A stretch of DNA of 64,000 bases from the human T2T-CHM13v2.0 reference genome, Homo sapiens: NCBI RefSeq assembly GCF_009914755.1, contig NC_060928.1. One strand, 5' to 3'. A model generated the notes under the pieces. The model saw only the letters and a list, made by a program, of their open reading frames with translations. It was not told the DNA's origin and did not search any database. The first letter of the stretch is position 1, and the number at the start of each line of letters is the position of its first letter. The position numbers were made by a program, and so were the translations under genes. Positions 27,001 through 37,290 of this stretch are shown in pieces.

Positions 27001-28870
27001 AGTTAACCATAGAATTAGAAATAATTGTTGAATTCTTCACTGATATTACCTAGGTGTCTGCAGACGTCATTTCAAATAATGACATTTTTTTAGAGTAGTG
27101 CTTACAGTAGTAGAATCAGATTGTACCAAATAAAATAATAAAGCCTGTGCCAGCTGGCAGATGTTTTCCTTTTGTTTTAAAGGAAGTGTCAAGAATTGAG
27201 CTTAATTGATTGCCTTGCAAACATTGTTGTCTCTAAACTAATGTTAGCTAAGTTCTAAGAGCACAATTAAACTCCCGTTCAAAAAATTATTTTGCTGTAT
27301 TTTTGGTTTCATAAACTGAGCCACAATATTTCAGATATGAGCTTTTTACAGCCCTCTATTTTTATCTTTTGGTTACTTAGGTTAGCTGGGTTAAGGAGGA
27401 CTGCATTTTCTCTATGTCTGTTTTTCCTGTGGCCTCAATTGGAACACCATGACACATGTAATAGGTCTTCACTTAAGGCCTTTTGATTTCATGTACCAAT
27501 TTCTGACTTCACCATTTATGTTTGGAATTGTGATTTGCCTGTATATTATTTCTTGATTCCAGCTAGTCTCTCTTGAAAATCTTCTGGGTTTTAATTTTTC
27601 CCGTTGAATTTTTTTCTTTGTAATTTTAATAATTCAGGGTTCCTCTTTTCCTCTTTTCATATGTAAGTCTTAAGCTGTAAAGTTTGGTATAAATTGGAAA
27701 TACATCTTTTGAAATAGTTAGGGGCCTTTGATTTAGCAGATCTGGATACTCAGATGTTTAAAGGTTCATTTTTGTAATATATTTCTATTTACATGTTTAC
27801 AGTTAACTATTTTGTTTCAGTTGTTAAGTCATTTGTGTCATCTAAGAAAAAAATGCTCAATTGTCACCTTTTAGAGGAGAACCTATACTGAAACAGTAGT
27901 ATGTGAACAAAGGCACTGGTTTTTTATTTCATACTAGAACTCTAAATCAGATTGTAATAAAATTTCACTGTTCTCTACACTAGCTCTTAGTCTTTAGCTT
28001 ATGGAGTATATTTATTCCATTTATAAAATATAACGTAGAATATTTAGAGTAGGATCCTTTGGTTTTGCAGCTGTACTATATCATTCTATAACTTCTATTT
28101 TTAATCTGCATTAAGGAAGACCACAAAGTAGAATCTAGTTGTATATTGTGGGGGATTGGTATATCTTTCGTGTATAGAGCCTGTTCAGTTTGTATTATTA
28201 TTTGAAAAATGACACAAAATTCCGTTGCTTTTTATCTTAGTAAATTAAAGTTTATGAAATACCTACATACACATTTTGGGTCAAGAGGTGGGTAGGGAGA
28301 GATGTTTTCATTTCCTTCTCCTTTAACCTTGATGGGCCTTCTGGGGATGCTGGTTGGCTCTTGGCAGGCTCTCAAGGTACCTTCTGTCTAATTCTGACCT
28401 TGGGATCCAGGAATCTATTGGTCTGCCCCTTGCTCCTTGGTGCTCCATGAGCAGAGAGTCACAGGATTTGTGTTGACAGCGTATAATTTTAATTTCTTAC
28501 AAAGAGCTTTTGGATGTCTTTACTCCTTGAATTTGTTACGGTGATTTTTTTTTTTTAAATGCCTATAAAGTTGATGGCTGCCTGATAGCATCCTGGGAGA
28601 TTCATTTCACTTTTAATTGGGAACCCCTTTGCAGAGAATGTCATTAGGATCATTGTTGTCAGAGAACCCCCTGCGAGTGTCTCCAATTTTGATGTTTAGT
28701 AGATGTTTGCTGTGGGAGCTCTCGACTGTTGTTCCCGGGAATTTTTAGTGTTTCCAGTCATGGTCATTTGCACATAGCCACAAGTCCACTCACAGGAAAT
28801 GTTGGTTATCAGTGAGATGCCACTATTCAGATTGTGAGTGCATCCATAATATCTTTCTCTTATTTGCTAG

Positions 28871-28930
28871 GCCGAAGATGGTGTTAGTGATTGCGAGCTG
28901 CTGGCTGGCACCCTTGCAGAGCAGGAGTAA
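28871..28930 (+). other. Candidate alternative (poison) exon of DCUN1D4
   Basis: Acceptor atctttctcttatttgctag|GCC and tandem donors GA|gtaagt and TAA|gtgagt. Open in the DCUN1D4 frame up to a terminal TAA. Confidence 0.5.
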
Positions 28931-31021
28931 GTGAGTGCTGTTCAGCTTTCCAGTCCTGTGAGTCTGATGCCTTTCCTCCGTGTTTTGGCATCACTGCCAA
29001 ACATATGCATTGAAATCCTTCATGATCATCAGTTTGTCAGATGATTATATTGTTGCAAAGAGTCTGTCCAGGTCTTTTGTATCTTTTTTTTCTTTTTTGT
29101 CACCTTAGTGTATGTCCATTGTGACGGGGACATAGGTATTGATGATGGTGGAAGAAGGCACAATATATATCACAGCAAGACTAGAGATTTGGGGTTTAGT
29201 GAATGATTACAAACTCTGCAAAGGGAAAAACTCTTCCAGAGCGCCAGTGTTGTCAGCCCAGTGCTGCATAAGCTGTTGTTCAACAAATGGACTTTGGCCG
29301 AGTCCTGTGGTGCCGCGTGTGTTTCTCAACAGTTTACTCGTTTATCTTGTGGATTGCTTCATAGTATGGTGTGCTGTTGCCGTCTGCCACACCTGTGTTA
29401 CAGGGTAAGAGGAAGTTTTCCATTTGCTTGCACAGTGTCATCACAGAAGTGTAAGCCCTTGAAACACAACAAACCAATGCAGTTTGTCTGGCAAAAGGCA
29501 GGCAGTCTCTAGATCACCTCTTCTCCTGTCCTCTTCTCCATTGGGAGTGCGTACTGCAGCCCTGAGCAGGACAATACATATGGCCAAGGGACAGGCAGAG
29601 AACCCTGTGGAAAGGAGGTCCCACCTGTTTGCATAGAACTGTGGAACTGGGATACACCTGCCCTCATCAGACTTAAGTTATGTGACCTCTGAAAGAAGGG
29701 TGATGTGGAGCCATCTGACCTGGTCTATTCATGGACAGTCGTTACACTTCACAACTGAGACCAAAAGGCCAGATCTATTGCACATCTTCCTTAGGCAACA
29801 AGTTTCCTTGTCTTCATCTACCTTGATTGTTGTTGTTAAGTGAGGCCCTTACATTTGCTGTATTAAGTCCCAATTCAGGGTCATGGCTAGAAATGGTTTG
29901 TATACTAAAGAGTACCTCACTGTTAAGCGTCCTTGCAGTGATGATTTATTTTATCAGGAGGTATATATGGCTGCATATGTGGCTTAGGGTGGTGGTCACA
30001 GCATCATCCCTTAATTTGAACATTTAGATTCCACTGCACTGGGCTAGCCAGGCACTTTCTCCCTTTGTAAAAAACTACTTTTACAAATTTCCACTGTAGT
30101 TAAGATAACACATGGAGGCTAGCTTTGGATATGTAAGGTATGCTTATGGTCCCAGGCCCTCTATTCCTTTCCATGGAAACTGACCGCTTGTAGTTCTGGA
30201 ATGGAAGCATATAAGAAAGACGGAAATGAGAAATTAGGATCCTTAATTGCAAATGTAAGTGGAATGAGCTTACCCTGCCCTTATTTAGGTTTATGTTCTT
30301 ATCTTTTTTTCTGGTGTCCTTATGAAATGTTGTCTTTCACTTGGTTACTAGTTAGGAGTATTTTACTAGGAAATTTACGTCTAAGAAATCTATCTATCTA
30401 TCTGTCTATTGAAGGACTGTATTGATAGACTTCCTGCCTTCCACCAGAGTGGGTAGATGAATCTATCCTCTGATTTAGAGAGACACTTCAGAGCCCCAGC
30501 ATTTGGTATGAGCTGAAGTCAATTCCAGCATGTTTAGGTTCAAGAAAAATATTTATCAATGAAATCAAATTGATTTCGTTTTTATTAAGGAAACCTGATT
30601 CCTAATCATAGGCATCAAAACCTTTAAGCTCCGTTGAGTTATAGGCTTTATGGTCAACAATTAGGATTTTGATAATTATCATAAATGTCAAACAAGCAAG
30701 TGATTGAGTTACAAGTTTTTATTAATCCCATGAAAAGCCTGTAGAAACTGCTACGACATAACTAATTGATTTTGCATTAGGGTGATCATTCAGTTGACAT
30801 AAATCTTTCTCACAGTAAATTTATATAATATCGTAATGCCCAAGCCTTCCATTGTGTTTGACTACCTCCCCTCCCTAACCTTAGTCTGGATGCAGGGTCT
30901 TTAAGGTGTATGATAAATGAGCTGTTTACTAATTTCCTGTTGAAGTGAATACACATTTGCAATTATTGGAATTTATTATTTGGGGGCATCTGGCTCATCC
31001 TTGTTTTTGTTTGTTAAACAG

Positions 31022-31126
31022 GAAAAGGACCAGCGCAGCCTAGACATAAACACTGCCAAGTGCATGTTGGGACTGTTATTAGGAAAAATCTGGCCCCTTT
31101 TTCCAGTTTTTCACCAATTCTTAGAG
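31022..31126 (+). CDS. DCUN1D4: DCUN1D4 coding exon D (105 nt, symmetric phase 0/0; [35 protein letters not shown])
   Basis: Acceptor ttgttaaacag|GAA and a weak donor GAG|gtacca. In frame with exons C and E. Confidence 0.95.
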
Positions 31127-33241
31127 GTACCAAATTGTTGTTTTATGAAATGTATGTTTGCTTGCTTGGAACTACCAAATAACTTTATTCACCCGTTGTA
31201 TGTAATTTTTTGTTTGTTGTACTTTTCTGCCTATGTAGGAATTACGGTGACATAATTGCTGTCAGTCAGCAGCTACCTATCTTCTTGGAGTGCATCTGTG
31301 TATGCGTTTAATGTTGTGTTGCTTCATTCCACATTAAAAATGCATCCGAAACAGCCACAGCTCTGTCCTTTTCTCTCTTTTCTCATCCCCATTTTAAAGC
31401 TTCACTTTTGTTTAGATTTTCTGTTCTTTGTAACAATAGAAAAAGAAGATTTACTTTCTTTTGACTTTAGATGAACTTCCACTTTTATTAAGCAGAGGTT
31501 TAAAAGACAGTCATCTGCCTTCTTACCAAAATTAGTTTGTAGTATGTTCTTATCTACTCTTGTCACCAAGTAACTTGAGGACCTTAGATCAATCTAAGTA
31601 TTAGGCAGACTGACAATATCTCCTTCAGTTTAAATTGTCTTCAGATCAGTATCAGAACAATCCAGCACTTTATTCCATCATTGTTTGTGTGCTTTTAAGT
31701 ATTGATGATCAGAAATTCTGAGCTACTGGTTTTGTTGAAGTGTCATTCTGTGGGACCTGGAAGTATATGGGATACAAGTTTGAGTTACTTGGGTTGTCAT
31801 ATATGGCATCCTCCTTTCCCTCCTGCCCCAAGCCCTTCTAAAAAGTGTCCTTTGCTTGCAAGGATGAGGGTGTTGGGTCTTTGAGAAAATGCTGGGCCGT
31901 AAGATGACTCTGGCTTCACTCTTGAATAATCTTTCTCACAACTTACTTTATGTAATGGTCCAGAATATTTTTAATATCTGATAGGATTCTTTGAGAACTG
32001 TTATTAAAAATTTCTTTTAACATTACTAAGTGGGACTCCTCAAAAATTTAAAAACTAGTTTTACGTAAGTATCTGTTTACCCAAAATAGTCCATGTTGAC
32101 ATATGGTCTGTTCTAATTTCTCTGACAATCCCTTGAGATGAGTTAGCATTATTTGGAAAAATAAATAGAAATAGTTCCCTGTTCTCAGAGAGTTTAGCTG
32201 GATTTACACCTGTGTGTAAAGAGTCTTAAGCTGGAAGACCTGGCCTGGAGGAAATCTGACTTTGTGTAATTCCAGGTGCATCATCAACTGTTTCAGGACT
32301 GGTTTTTGCTTTTACCTGCTTAGAAAGTTAAACTTGTAGTCTGTGCTTTGTTCTCTCTCTTACATTAGTTTGCATTTTTCTTTAAAAAAGACAGTATTCC
32401 TCTCATTTCAGCTTTTCTTGTGTTTGCATCCTCAAAACCATTGACTCAACTCTCTTTGCTTTTTATGTACTTGTATTGTTTTACTATGTTTCTGATTTTA
32501 GTGGGGAAGATTTAAAAATCATTGGTTCTGGATTTTATTTATGAATCTTCATACAGGGATACTGTATTTTTAAATAGACACATGGCAAATTTCTCGTCTA
32601 AGAGGAATAGAAAAACGATTTCACAGCTATTCTAGCTTCTTTTATGATCAGATTCGAGTTTTGAATTATTAGAACAGTAATTTTTTTCTGTGACAAGAAC
32701 ACCTAATTTTGAGACCACTTGCAGCACTTACCGGATCTCGTCAAGTAACCTGCTGCTGCATGTGCTTTAAGCCGAAGGCTTGGCCATGGGCAGTGCTGGT
32801 TATGTCAGGGGTTATATTAATGGGAGCTACTCTTTATTTAGCACTTACTTTGTGCCAAACACTGAATGAAGTGCTTCACATAAATTAGTAAATGATCTCT
32901 TTTAATTCTTATAATATCTTTATGAAGTAGATATTATCTGCATTTTATATAAAATGGCTTTTGCAGTTTAGAATTTTCACTTCTGGGGATATATAATCAT
33001 GTTATTTTGATGTGCTTTCCATTTTGTATTGAGACCCTGTCATATTTTTGTAATGACAATTGTCATCTTAAATTCTACTCTTGCTCTCCCTCACCATCCT
33101 CCTAGATTGGTGCTTAACAAACCTCAAACAGAAAGAGTTAACCTTACATGAACTTAATTAAGTTGATTCATAAAGCAATTGAAACCGTCCCATTTGTTCA
33201 TTTTAAGTGTCAGTAATTCATATTACTTTTCCCTCCATCAG

Positions 33242-33344
33242 CAATCAAAATACAAAGTTATTAATAAAGACCAGTGGTGCAATGTCCTAGAGTTTAGCAG
33301 AACAATTAATCTTGACCTCAGCAACTATGATGAAGATGGAGCAT
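33242..33344 (+). CDS. DCUN1D4: DCUN1D4 coding exon E (103 nt; [34 protein letters not shown])
   Basis: Acceptor ccctccatcag|CAA and donor GCAT|gtaagt. Contains the KDQW and YDEDGA motifs of the cullin-binding region. Confidence 0.96.
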
Positions 33345-33418
33345 GTAAGTACTGCCGCTACCATTCTGCCATTCGTGTACATTTCTATATCATCCTCATT
33401 GGGAAAAGCCTCAGCTAC

Positions 33419-33460
33419 ATTACTATTATTATTATTGTTATTATTATTATTATTACTACT
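33419..33460. repeat. (ATT)n-type trinucleotide microsatellite in the last DCUN1D4 intron
   Basis: attactattattattattgttattattattattattactact, immediately upstream of the polypyrimidine tract. Confidence 0.95.
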
Positions 33461-33480
33461 GTTTCTCTCTTTCTCTCCAG

Positions 33481-33536
33481 GGCCAGTTTTGTTGGACGAG
33501 TTTGTGGAGTGGTATAAAGACAAACAGATGTCCTAG
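33481..33536 (+). CDS. DCUN1D4: DCUN1D4 last coding exon F ((W)[17 protein letters not shown], stop TAG)
   Basis: Acceptor ttctctccag|GG completes the TGG codon. Forms the [13 protein letters not shown]1 signature. TAG at 33534-33536. Confidence 0.96.
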
Positions 33537-36500
33537 GACTTTATGCATAGCAGCGAGAGAGTCACTGTTACCACAGTTTTGTCACCCATTAGCCATAAAT
33601 TGCTGTTTGTATCAAAGCGCATGCTGCTTCTCTTGCACTGTTTCCCTTTCGCAGGGACATGTTGGTGTTTGCTATTGAATTGGCCAGCTCTGCTTGCTGT
33701 GTGGCATTGTTCTCTTGGAAGGCTGCTTTGCAGTTTGTATTTACACTACAGATTGGTGAATTTGCCAACGTCCTCACTGTGATTATGTGTATATTGCTGT
33801 TTAAATTTTGTATATGTGTATAAAAGGAAAAAGCTTCACCTAGAGATTATTTCTGAAAAATGTATTGTAAAAATAATTTTGTGGCATTTCTAGTCCCTTT
33901 TTTTGAATGAACCAATTATACTTTATTTGGTCTCCTATGTAGCATTTCAGAAAACAAGAGAAAACTGTTACCATGAACAAACATTGCCAGAATTAACCTT
34001 ACTGTTTAAGAGGCCAACTTCTGGAAGGAGGTAGGAGTCATAACTTTTTAGAGGCATATGCCAAATATCATTTGGTATACTTAACAATATTAGTGTTTTA
34101 AAATGATGAGTTATAATTATTTGAACATATAGATATGTAACATGCCACAAATCATTTCTACCATGCAAGGTGTATAAGTTGTTTATTTTTTAGTGTTAAA
34201 ACTATAATAGCTTGAATATAGGTACCAATGAACAAATTCAAATTGCACCTCTTTTCTTAAAAGAATGGGATTTAAACTCTTATAAACATTCTTTAACTTT
34301 TTTGTTTGTTTGTTCTCTTTTTTTCCTTTTGCATTCTTCTAGCCAGTGATTGATCTGCTAATGCTTTCTTTGCCACTCTAAGTAAAATTTATTTCACCTC
34401 CTCAATGAAAACCTCATGGTTTTGCTGGCTGTTTATAACTGCATCGCACTTCTAGTTGTGGCTTGAATTTTCAGTTAAGCTTTCATGGTATGTAATTTTC
34501 CAGCCTTTTGAGAAAACAAGCATACTATAAGTGAGAGCTGTTTTGTTTTCCTTGTTTGTTTGTTTCATGCTAGGCTTTTCCTGGCAGCATGTCCATTGCA
34601 GGCAGTGGACAAGAAACCACCAGCATTGAGCTAACCCAGTACATGCTAGGACCTGTCCTAGAGGGGCCACTTTTCATTACCTGAGTTATTTGTACAGAAG
34701 GGCAATAGCCATTATTTTTGTGGATGAGGAAACAAGAATAAACAGAATGGTATTTTTAGGTTTGTATTTTATGTCTTTTTTTTTTTTTTTTTTGCCATTC
34801 TTGAGGAAATATAGAGATGACATGTTTTCACCCCAACTATCTGGTGCTATTGAATGACTAATTCAGTCCCTAAAGTTCTGTGAAAACACAAAAGTCTAAT
34901 GATTTGAGTGAGTAAAAGGTAATGGTGCATTTGAACAAGTAAATGCTGTCGTGGTCAGCAAGATCCGTGATTTGAACATGTGATGACTGGAAAAAGGTTT
35001 GGGTTATTTGGAACTCTGGCTAAAACTTCTTTCGGGTGACATGTGATCGTTTAAATGGCATTAAGTGAATAAAGCACACAGACAGTGCTACTCTTGACCA
35101 CTATTTTACCATTTCTTTGCAAACAGTGTTCACATTTTCATATTTTTTCCCTAACTAAACCACCAAAGAAAGAAATTTTGTATGTATATACAGTGTGTGT
35201 GTATACAAAATCATGATATAGTAGAATGCAACTACTTTCTTTTTCTACCAAACGAAAGGTTTTATTTGCTGTGAAATAAACCAGAAGTTTAAAAAACCCT
35301 GTAGTGATTAAGCATACTTAACCACTCCTTATTTGTAGATTCACTTTCAACCTTAAAAATTAATACCAGTTTGCATAAACCAATATCTGAAAAGAACAGG
35401 AAATGTTAATGGCAAGCAACAGCTATTAATACTGATGTGATGGATGCATTTGTTTTGCAGTGGTGACTGGCCTAGGCAGGTTTGGATCTGTGAAGAATTG
35501 ATTCATTTTCAAAATTATTCCATAAAGTTAAAAAGTTACACTTCAAAGGCAACAGGTCATACAGTTCTTTAAATCTGATCAACTGTAGCTTTATTTAAAG
35601 CAAATATAAATCATAGATGAAGTTATTTTAAACACTATGTTAGAATATAGAGATTTTTAAAAAATGCTGATAAGCACAGTTAATTCTAAAATGAGAGGAT
35701 TGTTACAGGAGGGAGATGTTACAGTTAATCCACAATCAACATTTTGATGGTAGGGAAAAAACTGCGTAAAAACTATTGCATTATGTATGATAAGAAAGTA
35801 AGTATTCCAAAGGGATAATCTTGCATATTAAGAAAACTCCAAATAATCTTTAAACTGCCTTGAAAAATAAACCTCTTTGACTGCTGAGCGGCAGAGTGCT
35901 TACCCTTGATTGTCTTGATTTTATATATTTATTTCTAAGGGGAGAAAAAGGGGTCAGACAGAGTAATATGATACATTTTCTTAAAAACTTCTCTAAGTTG
36001 CACAAAACTGAACAATCATCAAGCACTTATTTACTGGCTAATGTTGAATAAATTAGGGTGCCTTCATCTGGGTTTTCTTTAGTACCTAAGTCTACAACCC
36101 TTTCTCTTTTTCTATTGTGTTTCGAACTCCACATTGCAATACTCTGTTGTCATGGAATACAACCTTTAGATGTTTACTGCTGAAGTAGGTCAGAAATTGT
36201 ATTATTTGATTTGCCTCAAACATCCACTGTAATGTTACATGCACCTTTTTTGAAGCATGAACTCTGAATTATGTTTTTATAAATCTGACTAGGCAAACCT
36301 AGATTCTGGTTTCACAATGGATTTATTTTCTCTCTCAGTCTCCATTTTAACAGTGCTTTTGAAGTTTATACAGAAAGCTTTAAAAGTTAGTTTGTGCCCT
36401 TGGTTTTTATTCTTAAAACTGCTAAAATACCTCTGTAAGCCTTATCCTTTATTCTTTCATATGTTGTATAATAAATGTATAGATTTCATTGACCAACTAA

Positions 36501-36785
36501 AATGTTGGGTGTCTGTAAATGAGACCAAAACGTGGGTTGCTTTTTTCATAAAATAATTTCTATTGGGGGTTACTGTTCAATGACAGCAGGTAACCTATAA
36601 CTGTGAATGCTTCGTGTCGTCAGTATTTGCATTACATTCATAAAAGTGTGCAAGTCCTGTGACTCCCAGCTTAACTGAAATACTGTTATGCCACCTAACT
36701 TGAGTACAGCAAACTGGTTTTAGGTTTCAATGACATTGATGTAAAATGATATCCCATGAATAAAAAGTATTTGTGTTTGGTTTCA
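33537..36785 (+). other. DCUN1D4: DCUN1D4 3' UTR (~3.2 kb; end approximate)
   Basis: AU-rich sequence with no recognisable repeats after the stop codon. It ends at AATAAA 36759 followed by a U-rich tract; old L1 debris begins just beyond. Confidence 0.75.
36759..36764 (+). terminator. Probable distal polyadenylation signal (AATAAA) of DCUN1D4
   Basis: Upstream TGTA element (36740) and a downstream GU/U-rich stretch (36792-36830). Confidence 0.7.
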
Positions 36786-36879
36786 GAACAGATGTGTAAA
36801 TTTTTTCTTCTCTCTTCTGGCTTTCATTTCAAAAACCATTTAAGGTAGTCTTTAAAGCATTTTTTATCCTTTTTTGTTT

Positions 36880-37290
36880 GTTTTTTTTCCAACTTCTTCT
36901 ATTGAAAATTTCCAAAGCTACAATAATATAATGAACAACTGTGTACCTGTCACTTAGATTTTCCAGTTGTTAACATTTTACTGTATTTCCTGCCTTACTC
37001 TTGGGCTATACGTGTGTGTACTTCTCACATTCTGTAAATAGATTCTGAGAGTAAATTACATTATGACACATCACACCTGTTAATTTGGAATAAGGGCATT
37101 CACCTATAACCATGATAAAATGATCACACTCAAGAAGTTTAATGGTGGTACTATACTATAATAAACAGTGCAGATTTAAGTATCTCCATTTGTGCCAGTC
37201 ATGTTCTTGATAGCTATTATCTTTTTAATCCAGGGATAAGCATTGTATTTAGTTGTTACGCCTCTTTAGTCTCTTTTAATCTAGAACACT
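36880..37290 (-). mobile_element. Old L1M 3' end fragment
   Basis: Degenerate L1MC/ME 3' UTR motifs (atataatgaacaac...gttaacattttactg...cattgtatttagttgtta). Confidence 0.5.

Noticed and set aside
27638-27662. Possible 25-nt microexon (aattcag|ggtt...catat|gtaagt)
   Set aside because: Splice-like motifs only; poor pyrimidine tract next to the AG and a pyrimidine-rich body; no other support.
28990-29160. TGATGA/CTGA-like words suggesting an intronic C/D snoRNA
   Set aside because: No properly spaced C and D boxes with a terminal stem could be found.
32720-32735. Strong minus-strand donor (CCG|GTAAGT) hinting at an antisense exon
   Set aside because: No matching acceptor or promoter identified; single motifs arise by chance.
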